Positions 39,369 through 48,004 of a stretch of 64,000 nt of DNA are shown here, in pieces (the stretch's first letter is position 1; every line of letters begins with the position of its first letter). The notes under the pieces are model-generated. The model saw nothing but the letters and a program-made list of their open reading frames with translations. It was not told the DNA's origin and did no database searches. A program made the position numbers and the translations under genes. The stretch comes from Desulfobulbaceae bacterium (lineage in GTDB: Bacteria > Desulfobacterota > Desulfobulbia > Desulfobulbales > SURF-16), in assembly GCA_024637145.1 (NCBI GenBank), contig JAGXFQ010000020.1:17352-81351 (forward strand), read 5' to 3'.

Positions 39369-40306
39369 ACCGGCTATTTGGCTCCTGGAAATGGCCAAAA
39401 AACTGGGTTCTCAAGCTTCTCAGTCTTTTTTTCGCCGTTTTTATGTGGTATTTCGTCGCCGGCGAGGACAATGTCGACATGACGGTAAGGGTGCCGGTGG
39501 AGGTCATCAACCTGCCCCAAGACCTGATTATTACCAATGAGTATAAAAGGGAGCTTGAGGTTACGGTGAGCGGCTCGCGCGGCCTTATCCGCAACCTGGC
39601 CGGCGATGTTTCCCGCACCGTGGACCTTTCCAATGCCACCCCCGGGCCGGTGGTGATAAAAAACGACCCCAAGTCAATTCCGGTGCCCTGGGGAGTCAAG
39701 GTGCTGCGGGCAAAACCCTCTGAGTTTATCCTGCAGCTCGACAAGCTTATTGAAAAGAGACTGCCCATCCATGCCGTTACCAGCGGCCAGGTACCTGAAG
39801 GCTATTCCCTGGTTGCCGTCCTCCTGGAACCGGCGGAAATCACCATCACGGCCCCCAAGAGCATCATCGGCACCGAGAGCCTGATCAACACCCTGCCCAT
39901 TGACATCAGTGGCTTAAAAGGCCCCACCATCACCCACACCTCCCTAGACCTGGCCCCGGAAATTTCCGAACTCATCGGCCACCCCGTGGTCACGGCCAGT
40001 ATCCTCATCGAGGAAAAGCAGGTCCTGCGGGTGGTAAAAAATATCCCGGTGGTGGTAGCCGAAGGGAATACAATACCCTTGCTGCAGATTTCCCCCAGCA
40101 CCGTGACGGTCCACTCTGCCATCCCCTCTTCCGTGGCGCAGAAGAGCGATGATTACCGAGCGCTCTTCACCGCCCTGATAAGCATTACCGACCTCCAGGT
40201 CGGCACCCATACCGTCAAGGTGAGGGTCAAGACGGCGGCGGGGGTCAAGATCCTTGAGGTGGAACCCACCGAGGTGTCGGTGACAGTCCCCCCTGCCGGC
40301 CAGTAG
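39341..40306 (+). CDS. cdaR: CdaA regulatory protein CdaR (YbbR-domain repeats)
   Basis: N-terminal TM anchor followed by repeated YbbR-like beta modules. It overlaps the cdaA 3' end and precedes glmM, as in the conserved cdaA-cdaR-glmM operon. Confidence 0.8.
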   Translation: MEKLVKQSLNRLFGSWKWPKNWVLKLLSLFFAVFMWYFVAGEDNVDMTVRVPVEVINLPQDLIITNEYKRELEVTVSGSRGLIRNLAGDVSRTVDLSNATPGPVVIKNDPKSIPVPWGVKVLRAKPSEFILQLDKLIEKRLPIHAVTSGQVPEGYSLVAVLLEPAEITITAPKSIIGTESLINTLPIDISGLKGPTITHTSLDLAPEISELIGHPVVTASILIEEKQVLRVVKNIPVVVAEGNTIPLLQISPSTVTVHSAIPSSVAQKSDDYRALFTALISITDLQVGTHTVKVRVKTAAGVKILEVEPTEVSVTVPPAGQ

Positions 40307-40351
40307 ACGTCTCTCTTTTTCCTTTTCCACAACCCTGTCACAGGTTTTTTC

Positions 40352-41704
40352 ATGCGTAAATTATTCGGCACAGACGGTATCAGAGGGGTGGCCAATATCC
40401 ACCCCATGACCACAGAGATCGCCATGCAGATTGGCAGGGGCATTGCCTTTCAGGTCAGGGATATGCGCAAGAGCCATCGCATCGTCATCGGCAAAGATAC
40501 CCGCATCTCCGGTTATATGCTGGAAAACGCCCTGGCCGCCGGTATCTGCTCCATGGGGGTGGATGTCATGCTGCTTGGCCCCATGCCCACTCCGGGCATA
40601 GCCTTTATCACCACCAGCATGCGGGCTGATGCCGGAGTGGTCATTTCCGCCTCCCACAACCCCTTTCAGGACAACGGCATCAAAATCTTCTCCAGGGACG
40701 GCTTTAAACTGCCCGACCAGAAAGAAGCGGACATCGAGGAGCTCATCTTTTCGCAGAAGATGGAGGCCCTGCGGCCGGTGGCTGAAGATGTGGGCAAGGC
40801 CTTCCGCATTGATGATGCCCGGGGCCGCTATATCGTCTTTCTGAAAAATACCTTTCCCAAACAGTACAGCCTGGACAGTTTCCACATCGTGCTGGACTGT
40901 GCCCACGGCGCCACCTACGGTGTGGCCCCCCATGTTTTCGAAGAGCTGGGCGCCAAGGTCACCGCCATCGGCGTTGAACCGGACGGCAAGAATATCAACA
41001 AGGAGTGCGGCGCCCTCCACCCTGAGGTGATGGCTGCCAAAGTCAGAGAAGTGGGGGCAGATATCGGTATTGCCCTGGATGGGGACGGCGACCGCCTCAT
41101 CGTCTGCGACGAGAAGGGCACAATTGTTGATGGCGACCACATCATGGCCATCTGTGCCAAGGATCTTCTGACCATCAAGAAGCTCAACAAAAAAACCCTG
41201 GTCACCACGGTGATGAGCAATATGGGCCTTGAGATCGCCATGGCCAGAATGGGTGGCAAGATGGTGCGGACAGCAGTGGGCGACCGCTATGTGGTGGAGG
41301 AGATGCGCAGAAACAACTACTCCTTTGGCGGCGAACAATCGGGCCACCTCATTTTCCTTGACCACAGCACCACAGGTGACGGCATCATGGCTGCCCTGCA
41401 GCTGCTGGCCATCATGATCAAACAGAACAAACCGATCTCAGAGCTGGCCACGGTGATGGACTCTTTCCCCCAGGTCCTGAAAAATGTCCGGACGGCCCAG
41501 AAGATGAATCTCGACCTGGTACCCGGCTTTAATCAGGCCATGGCCGACATGGAGAAAAAACTGGCCGGCGAGGGCCGGATTCTGGTCCGCCATTCCGGAA
41601 CCGAACCGGTGGTCCGGGTCATGCTTGAGGGCAAGGATCAAGAAATCATCGAGGCCATGGCAGACGAACTATGCGATCTGATCCGCCAGGCGGACGTCTC
41701 CTGA
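40352..41704 (+). CDS. glmM: Phosphoglucosamine mutase
   Basis: [12 protein letters not shown], active-site loop [13 protein letters not shown], metal site ALDGDGDR, and GGEQSGH. Confidence 0.95.
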   Translation: MRKLFGTDGIRGVANIHPMTTEIAMQIGRGIAFQVRDMRKSHRIVIGKDTRISGYMLENALAAGICSMGVDVMLLGPMPTPGIAFITTSMRADAGVVISASHNPFQDNGIKIFSRDGFKLPDQKEADIEELIFSQKMEALRPVAEDVGKAFRIDDARGRYIVFLKNTFPKQYSLDSFHIVLDCAHGATYGVAPHVFEELGAKVTAIGVEPDGKNINKECGALHPEVMAAKVREVGADIGIALDGDGDRLIVCDEKGTIVDGDHIMAICAKDLLTIKKLNKKTLVTTVMSNMGLEIAMARMGGKMVRTAVGDRYVVEEMRRNNYSFGGEQSGHLIFLDHSTTGDGIMAALQLLAIMIKQNKPISELATVMDSFPQVLKNVRTAQKMNLDLVPGFNQAMADMEKKLAGEGRILVRHSGTEPVVRVMLEGKDQEIIEAMADELCDLIRQADVS

Positions 41705-41807
41705 GGCGGCAGGCGGGACCCTCTCTTTAAAACATTTTGCCACGGCAGACCGGAGGAAAAAAATTTGTTTTCCGTAGATGCCGTGGCCACAACAAGGCTT
41801 TGCCACC

Positions 41808-42548
41808 ATGAAAATACGTCTCGACAAATTACTGGTGGCGCGCGGCCTGGCGGAAACCAGGCATAAGGCCCAGGCCGTCATCGGCAGCGGCCAGGTCCTG
41901 GTGGCGGGCCAGATAATGGACAAGGCCGGCAGCCAGGTGGATGACGGCCTGGAAATCACCATCAAGGGCAAAACCTGCCCCTTTGTCAGTCGGGGCGGCC
42001 TGAAACTGGCCAAGGGCCTTGATTTCTTTCACCTTGACCCCGGCGGCCTCATCTGCGCTGATATCGGCGCCTCCACCGGCGGCTTCACCGACTGTCTCCT
42101 GCAAAACAAGGCCGCCCTGGTTTATGCGGTGGATGTGGGCTACGGCCAGCTCGACTGGAAGTTACGGCAAGACCCCAGGGTGGTGGTCCTGGAAAGAACC
42201 AATGCCCGCTATCTCAGCCGGGAGGCTATTCCCCAGCCCCTTGACCTGGCGGTTATTGATGCGGCCTTTATCTCCATCAGGCTTCTCATTCCCGCCCTCA
42301 TCCCCCTCTTTGCCCCCAAGCCGGTGAGCATCCTCTCCCTCATCAAACCCCAATTCGAAGTGGGTAAGGGCAAAGTGGGCAAGGGCGGCGTGGTCAGCGA
42401 CCCAGCCCTCCATGACGAGGTGGTGGAATCCATCAAGAAATTCATTGCCGGCCTAGGCCTTGGCCATGAAGGGGTGACAGAATCTCCCATCCTGGGTCCC
42501 AAGGGCAATAAGGAGTTTCTCATCCATATTATAAGTAAGAACGGCTAA
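41808..42548 (+). CDS. tlyA: TlyA-family rRNA 2'-O-methyltransferase (S4 + FtsJ-like domains)
   Basis: MKIRLDKLLVARGLAETRHKAQAVI (S4 domain), SRGGLKL, and the SAM motif DIGASTGGFTD. Confidence 0.9.
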   Translation: MKIRLDKLLVARGLAETRHKAQAVIGSGQVLVAGQIMDKAGSQVDDGLEITIKGKTCPFVSRGGLKLAKGLDFFHLDPGGLICADIGASTGGFTDCLLQNKAALVYAVDVGYGQLDWKLRQDPRVVVLERTNARYLSREAIPQPLDLAVIDAAFISIRLLIPALIPLFAPKPVSILSLIKPQFEVGKGKVGKGGVVSDPALHDEVVESIKKFIAGLGLGHEGVTESPILGPKGNKEFLIHIISKNG

Positions 42549-42654
42549 CCCCGGCCAACACGGGTTCTTTGCCGCACCTCATCCCCTTCCAGTAAAAAGG
42601 GGAACAAAATCAGCGAAATATCCTCTTATCTTTTACATATCATTAAAAGAGGCT

Positions 42655-42686
42655 CCGCCGTCATTGCCTGAGACGGTGGTTTCTGG
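42655..42686 (+). terminator. Possible terminator after tlyA
   Basis: Hairpin CCGCCGTC-attgcctga-GACGGTGG (one G-U pair) followed by TTTCT. The U-tract is weak. Confidence 0.35.
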
Positions 42687-42795
42687 CGTCTTGACTTGCG
42701 GGATTTGGAATGCTATTTTAAAAAAATATTGCCGCTGTCAATCTCCCTGTAAAGTTCACCCTGAATTCTCATTTATGACGGAGCTGCCCACCATC

Positions 42796-43257
42796 ATGAA
42801 ATTTTGCAAAAAAGTATCGCCCCTTCCCCTTGCTCTCCTTCTTGCCCTGGCCATCTCTGCCCTGGCCGGGACCACCCAGGCGGCTGAATATGTCACCGTT
42901 ATCAAGGACGGGGTCAATGTCCGCTCAGCCCCTTCCACATCTGCCGAGGTCCACTGGGAGGTATTTAAGAATTTCCCCCTCAAGGTCATTGGCCGCAAGG
43001 GCAACTGGGTCAACACCGAAGATTTCGAGGGCGATACCGGCTGGATCTATGAACCCCTCCTCCAGGAAAAGCGCCAGGTCATTATCAGGGTTAAAAAGGC
43101 CAATCTCAGAGTAGGGCCGGGCCAAAATTACGAGATATCTGCCTCAGCCCTCTACGGGGTGGTCTTCACCCCGGGCCGCACAGATGGCGAATGGCTCCAG
43201 GTGACCCATATGGATGGCACCCGGGCCTGGGTCCATCAATCTCTGGTCTGGCCGTAA
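42796..43257 (+). CDS. Secreted protein with two bacterial SH3 (SH3_3) domains
   Basis: Signal peptide MKFCKKVSPLPLALLLALAISALAGTTQA, then two repeats of the V-NVRSAPS...W / L-RVGPG...W SH3b pattern. A possible TTGACT-N17-TATTTT promoter lies at 42691-42719. Confidence 0.7.
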   Translation: MKFCKKVSPLPLALLLALAISALAGTTQAAEYVTVIKDGVNVRSAPSTSAEVHWEVFKNFPLKVIGRKGNWVNTEDFEGDTGWIYEPLLQEKRQVIIRVKKANLRVGPGQNYEISASALYGVVFTPGRTDGEWLQVTHMDGTRAWVHQSLVWP

Positions 43258-43340
43258 CCTCATCATCCACCAACTCCCGGAACAATCCCCGCTGCAGAAT
43301 ACTTTATCCTTGCGCAACAGGATAGTTGAACCATAAACTT

Positions 43341-43859
43341 ATGGGCATGAAGAATACTCCCCCTCCCATCATCCTTCTGGTGGCCATGGCCGAAAATCGG
43401 GTCATCGGCAAGAACGGCTCCATCCCCTGGCACATCCCAGAGGAAGTTGCCCACTTTAAACGGACCACCATGGGCCACGCCCTGGTCATGGGCCGCAAGA
43501 CCTATGATTCCATTGGTCGCCCTTTACCGGGCCGCACCAATATCGTCATCAGCAACCAGCCCGATCTTGTTATTGAGGGGTGCAGGATGGCCGCCAGTCT
43601 GGCTGAAGCCTTTGATATCGCCAAGGAACTTCACGAAAAAATATTTGTCATCGGCGGCGGCGAGATCTTCGAACAGTGCATGATGATGGCCGACAGCATC
43701 TATCTCTCCATCATCCACCGCGCGGTTGACGGGGATGTCTTTTTCCCCCCCTTCTCCAAGACAGAATTCATAAAGACCTTTTCCGAAGAGGTAGAGGCGA
43801 CAGAACCCTACACCTTTGAGATTTACGAACGCCACGTGGCGCTCAATACCCCTGCATAA
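43341..43859 (+). CDS. folA: Dihydrofolate reductase
   Basis: IILLVAMAENRVIGKNGSIPWHIPEEVAHFKRTTMGHALVMGRKTYDSIGRPLPGRTNIVIS is a classic DHFR sequence. The start is ATG 43341 or 43347. Confidence 0.9.
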   Translation: MGMKNTPPPIILLVAMAENRVIGKNGSIPWHIPEEVAHFKRTTMGHALVMGRKTYDSIGRPLPGRTNIVISNQPDLVIEGCRMAASLAEAFDIAKELHEKIFVIGGGEIFEQCMMMADSIYLSIIHRAVDGDVFFPPFSKTEFIKTFSEEVEATEPYTFEIYERHVALNTPA

Positions 43860-43982
43860 ATTGCCGTTCAGGTCAGCCAAAGCCTCTGGAAGTTGCCTGG
43901 TCCACCTTTTCCCGCCCACAATCCAGGCCCCTCCCCCAGCCCTGGATGTTTTTTCTCTGCAATTCCAAGGATCCTCTCCCCC

Positions 43983-44222
43983 ATGTGCCTGGCTATTCCC
44001 GGAAAAATCATTGAGACATCAAGAGAAACCGGCCTGAAAATGGGCCGTATCGACTATGGCGGCACCATCAACAGGGCCTGCCTTGAATATGTCCCTGATG
44101 CCGCGGCTGGCCAATACGTCCTGGTCCATGCAGGCTTTGCCATCACTGTGCTTGACGAGGAGGAGGCAAAAAAATCCCTGGCCGCCTGGCAGGAACTGCA
44201 GGAGAAAGTCGCTTCCCTGTGA
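43983..44222 (+). CDS. hypC: Hydrogenase maturation chaperone HypC/HybG family, copy 1
   Basis: MCLAIPGKII with the essential N-terminal Cys2. 79 aa and intact. 57 of 79 residues are identical to the second hypC at 50290 by my manual alignment. Confidence 0.85.
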   Translation: MCLAIPGKIIETSRETGLKMGRIDYGGTINRACLEYVPDAAAGQYVLVHAGFAITVLDEEEAKKSLAAWQELQEKVASL

Positions 44223-44457
44223 AATATCTCTTTGAATTCCGTGAGCCCGGCCTGGCCAAGGCCCTGCTGAAGGCCATTGCTGCCACGGTGATGCGGCCCT
44301 GGACCTTGATGGAGGTAGTGTGGCGGCCAGACCCCTGCCATTGTCCGCAGCAGCCGGGATCAGCTCCTGCCCCGCAGCCTGCAGCTGGTGCACGGCCCGG
44401 GCTGTCCGGTCTGCGTGACGCCGGTTTCTTTCATGGATAAAACCATGGCCCTGGCCG
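44219..44457 (+). pseudogene. hypD 5' fragment (frameshifted, truncated)
   Basis: MKYLFEFREPGLAKALLKAIAATVMRPWTLMEV parallels HypD MKYLTEFRDPAPAKALLTGIHSTVTRPWTLMEV. A 1-nt insertion at about 44317-44322 shifts the frame. In the shifted frame it continues GGQTPAIVRS...LVHGPGCPVCVTPVSFMDK, and the hypD homology ends at about 44457. Confidence 0.8.
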
Positions 44458-44628
44458 ACAACATCTACATCTCCGTCATCCACCGTGCTGTTGCACGGTA
44501 ACATCTTCTTCCTCACCTTCTCAGAGGCAGAATTCATCAAGACCTCTTCAGAGTACGTCGAGGCCTCAGAGCCCTATGCCCTTGAAATATATGAACGACC
44601 TTTGACAGGCGCTGAAAAATACATTTGA
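44454..44628 (+). pseudogene. folA 3' fragment fused to the hypD fragment (frameshift and stop)
   Basis: ADNIYISVIHRAV, then (after a 1-nt indel) IFFLTFSEAEFIKTSSEYVEASEPYALEIYER. This parallels the FolA C-terminus ADSIYLSIIHRAVDGDVFFPPFSKTEFIKTFSEEVEATEPYTFEIYER (43686-43840). Confidence 0.75.
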
Positions 44629-44652
44629 CAGCTATCCACCCTGTGTTATAAA
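44625..44652 (+). promoter_or_regulatory. Candidate sigma-70 promoter of the hydrogenase operon
   Basis: TTGACA (44625-44630), a 16-nt spacer, then TATAAA (44647-44652), about 65 nt upstream of the small-subunit start. Confidence 0.45.
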
Positions 44653-44717
44653 AAATTCTAGGTAATATTACTCACCTGGACCCGCTGGGGCCGATCTCTT
44701 ATTTTTCCACTATTGCG

Positions 44718-45833
44718 ATGAGGGAGACAATGTCAGACAGAGATGCGACCATTGCCAGACTCGGCATCAACCGCCGTGACTTCATGAAATTCTGCACAGC
44801 GACAGCGACGGCCATGGGACTGTCAACCTCCTTTGCCCCCCGGATTGCCGCCGCCATCACCTCGCCCCGGCGGCCTCCGGTTATCTGGCTCCATGGTCAG
44901 GAGTGTACAGGCTGTACCGAGACCCTGCTGCGTCCCTCCCACCCCACCCTTGACCACCTCATCCTCGACCTCATCTCCCTCGACTATCACGAAACCCTCT
45001 GCGCCGGCGCCGGCCATCAGGCCGAGCATTTTCTTGCAGAGTCGGTCAGGAAAAACCAGGGTAAATTCATCCTGGTCATTGAGGGTGCTGTGCCGGTCAA
45101 GGATGGCGGCATCTACTGCCAGGTGGGGGGCACACCCTTTGTCGACACGGTCAAGGCGCTCGGCGCCCAGGCGGCGGCCGTGATTGCCATCGGCTCCTGC
45201 GCCTCGTGGGGCGGCATCCAATCAGCACCTCCCAATCCCACCGGCGCCACCGGCGTACCCAGCGTCCTCAAGGACAAAACCGTGATCACCATTCCCGGCT
45301 GCCCGCCCCACCCCCAGAATTTCCTCTCCACCGTCATCCATTTTCTGACCTTTAATAAATTACCAGCCCTGGACGACAAGGGCCGTCCCCTCTTTGCCTA
45401 TGGCCGCCTCATCCATGAAAACTGTGAACGGCGCCCCCATTTTGACGCCGGTCGTTTCGCCACAATCTTCGGCGATGAAGGACATCGCCAGGGCTACTGT
45501 CTCTTCAAGCTGGGCTGCAAAGGTCCCATCACCCATGCCAACTGCCCGAGCCTGCACTTTTGCGAGGTGGGCTCCGGCGCCTGGCCGGTAGGCACCGGCC
45601 ACCCCTGCTTCGGCTGTACCGAACAGGCTGTAGGCTTCCGCATCCCTCAATTCACCCAGGCCCATATCAGCAATCCCACCCCGGCTGCCCAGCAACCCCC
45701 GGTGGAACAGGAAAAAGAAAGCGGCCTGACTACCGGCGGAGTTGCCTTGGCCGGCGCTGCCGTTGGTGTAGCAGCAGGTGCTTCCATGATGGCCGGCAAA
45801 AAGGCGGCAGACAGAAAGGATGACGGAGAATAG
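44718..45833 (+). CDS. hybO: [NiFe] hydrogenase small subunit, Tat-exported, C-terminal membrane anchor
   Basis: Twin-arginine motif INRRDFMKF; Fe-S Cys ligand pattern (ECTGCTES-like QECTGCTETLL, GSCASWGG, PGCPP, CxxxxxxGxCxxxGC). It is the first gene of a small-HybA-HybB-large-protease order. An alternative start is ATG 44730. Confidence 0.93.
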   Translation: MRETMSDRDATIARLGINRRDFMKFCTATATAMGLSTSFAPRIAAAITSPRRPPVIWLHGQECTGCTETLLRPSHPTLDHLILDLISLDYHETLCAGAGHQAEHFLAESVRKNQGKFILVIEGAVPVKDGGIYCQVGGTPFVDTVKALGAQAAAVIAIGSCASWGGIQSAPPNPTGATGVPSVLKDKTVITIPGCPPHPQNFLSTVIHFLTFNKLPALDDKGRPLFAYGRLIHENCERRPHFDAGRFATIFGDEGHRQGYCLFKLGCKGPITHANCPSLHFCEVGSGAWPVGTGHPCFGCTEQAVGFRIPQFTQAHISNPTPAAQQPPVEQEKESGLTTGGVALAGAAVGVAAGASMMAGKKAADRKDDGE

Positions 45834-45836
45834 GGC

Positions 45837-46796
45837 ATGGCAATCACCAGACGAAATCTCTTAAAGGCCTCGGTCTGCGGTGGAACGCTGCTGGCCTGCG
45901 GCAGCTCCGCTCAGGCCGCCAGAAGGGTGGAAATGGCCCCGGGAGCCTTGGGCATGCTCTACGACTCCACCCTCTGCATTGGTTGCCAGGTCTGCATGGT
46001 TGGCTGCAAAAAAGCCAACAACATGAAGCCTGACCCAGCCGACAACAACCCCTCCTGGGACAACCCCCGCGACCTCTCCTCCCGCACCCTTACAGTTATT
46101 AAGAAATTTGAAGAGGGCAGCGGCCGTCGACCCAACCAGGAGAAGGACGGTTTCGCCTATATCAAACAGAACTGTATGCACTGCGCCGACCCGTCCTGCG
46201 TCTCAGCCTGTCCGGTCTCAGCCTTGACCAAGGACAACAAAACCGGCATTGTCTCCTATAACAAAAAGGCCTGCATTGGCTGTCGCTACTGCCAGATTTC
46301 CTGCCCCTACAACATCCCCAAATTCCAATGGGACAACCCTCTGCCCCAGATTGTCAAATGCCAACTTTGCAGTCATCTCATTGCCAAAGGCGGCATTGCC
46401 GCCTGTTGTGCTGCCTGCCCCACCGGCGCCTCCCTCTTTGGCCCTGTGGAACTCCTCCAACAGGAGGCCAAAAAACGCCTGCTATACACCCCTGGGGAGG
46501 TCTACGAATTCCCTCTCCACGATATCAGTACCGGCAAAACAGTCTCTCACCAATCAGCACAATACATTGATCATATCTATGGTGAAAAAGAGCTGGGCGG
46601 CAGTCAGGTCATGATGCTTAGCGCCGTAGATTTCCAGAAGCTGGGGATGACGAAACTGCCGGACGAGTCCTACGCCAGCATAACAGAAAATATCCAGCAT
46701 ACCCTTTACAAGGGCATGCTCCTGCCCATTGCCCTGCTTGGCGGCCTTGTCTATTTCGTTAAGAAAAATGCGGAGAACCATCACAATGACGAGTGA
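45837..46796 (+). CDS. hybA: Hydrogenase-2-type Fe-S electron-transfer subunit HybA (4x [4Fe-4S], Tat signal, C-terminal TM)
   Basis: Tat motif ITRRNLLKA; ferredoxin Cys clusters (CIGCQVCMVGC, CMHCADPSCVSACP, CIGCRYCQISCP, CQLCSH...CCAACP); hydrophobic C-terminus. Confidence 0.9.
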   Translation: MAITRRNLLKASVCGGTLLACGSSAQAARRVEMAPGALGMLYDSTLCIGCQVCMVGCKKANNMKPDPADNNPSWDNPRDLSSRTLTVIKKFEEGSGRRPNQEKDGFAYIKQNCMHCADPSCVSACPVSALTKDNKTGIVSYNKKACIGCRYCQISCPYNIPKFQWDNPLPQIVKCQLCSHLIAKGGIAACCAACPTGASLFGPVELLQQEAKKRLLYTPGEVYEFPLHDISTGKTVSHQSAQYIDHIYGEKELGGSQVMMLSAVDFQKLGMTKLPDESYASITENIQHTLYKGMLLPIALLGGLVYFVKKNAENHHNDE

Positions 46797-47937
46797 GAAC
46801 GCAAAGCCTCTGGGCTCAAAAATCTTAAGCTGGCAATTTCTTGTTCTCCTGGGCATTTTCTGCCTCAGTGTCTTTTTTATCGCCAAACGCTTTATGTTTG
46901 GACTGGGCGCAGTCACCAACATGAATGATGGCTACCCTTTCGGGATCTGGATTACCATTGACGTGGTGATAGGCACCGCCTTTGCCTGCGGCGGTTACAC
47001 CATGGCCCTGCTGGTCTACGTGGCAAACAAAGGTAAATACCACCCCTTGGTTCGGCCGGCGCTGATGGCCTCGGTGTTCGGCTACACCCTGGCTGGCGTC
47101 TCCGTGTTCATCGATATTGGCCGCTACTGGCAGATGTACAATATGTTCCTGCCCAAATTTATCAACCTGAACTCGGTCATGTTCGAGGTCGGTCTTTGCA
47201 TCGCCACCTATACCCTGGTGCTGTGGATTGAAATTTCCCCCGTCTTTCTTGAAAAATTCGGTGCCAAAAAGGCGAAAAAGACCTTGAACAACGTTCTCTT
47301 TTTCTTTATTGCCCTAGGAGTTCTGCTCCCCACCATGCACCAATCCTCCCTGGGAACCCTCATGGTCATTGTCGGTTACAAGCTTTCACCACTCTGGCAG
47401 ACCAATTTTCTCCCCCTGCTCTTCCTGCTCTCTGCTATTTCCATGGGATACGGGGTGGTCATTTTTGAGGGCACCATTGCCAACAACGAGTTCAATACCC
47501 CTAAAGAAACGCGCATCATGAGCCAGGTTGCCTATGTAATGAATATCTCCTTAGCCATCTTTCTGGTTATCCGTTTTGGCGACCTTCTCCTGCGCGGTGC
47601 CCTGCCTTTGGCCTTCAAGGGTAATCTGGTCAGCAATATGTTCCTCCTGGAAAATGCTCTGCTCATTACGGCGGCCATCCTCCTCTTTTCAACAAAAATA
47701 CGGGCCACCGCCTTTGGCCAGTATACCGGCGCGGTGCTCCTTTTGGCTGGCTCAGCTCTGTTCCGCTACAACACCTATATCATCGGCTTTAATCCTGGCA
47801 CCGGCCACCATTATTTCCCGGCCGTGGGTGAGATCATGATTACCCTGGGCATCATCTCTTTTGAGCTCATGGCTTACTTAATATTTATTAAAACCCTGCC
47901 GGTTCTGCCCTCCCGATCCAAGGTAACAGCAGGCTAA
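46786..47937 (+). CDS. hybB: Hydrogenase membrane subunit HybB (NrfD/PsrC-like, quinone-interacting)
   Basis: About 10 TM helices, no Cys clusters, positioned between hybA and the large subunit. ATG 46786 overlaps the hybA stop. Confidence 0.88.
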   Translation: MTSENAKPLGSKILSWQFLVLLGIFCLSVFFIAKRFMFGLGAVTNMNDGYPFGIWITIDVVIGTAFACGGYTMALLVYVANKGKYHPLVRPALMASVFGYTLAGVSVFIDIGRYWQMYNMFLPKFINLNSVMFEVGLCIATYTLVLWIEISPVFLEKFGAKKAKKTLNNVLFFFIALGVLLPTMHQSSLGTLMVIVGYKLSPLWQTNFLPLLFLLSAISMGYGVVIFEGTIANNEFNTPKETRIMSQVAYVMNISLAIFLVIRFGDLLLRGALPLAFKGNLVSNMFLLENALLITAAILLFSTKIRATAFGQYTGAVLLLAGSALFRYNTYIIGFNPGTGHHYFPAVGEIMITLGIISFELMAYLIFIKTLPVLPSRSKVTAG

Positions 47938-48004
47938 TTTTTTGAACAAGATACCTCCGCATTATTAATCGCCTACACGGCATGCAGCCCTCAGGAGTCT
48001 TTCC

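Noticed and set aside
44219-44440. ORF 44219-44440 (73 aa) as a genuine small gene downstream of hypC copy 1.
   Set aside because: Only its first 33 residues resemble HypD. The remainder is out-of-frame translation of hypD-like DNA, so it is called as a pseudogene fragment instead.
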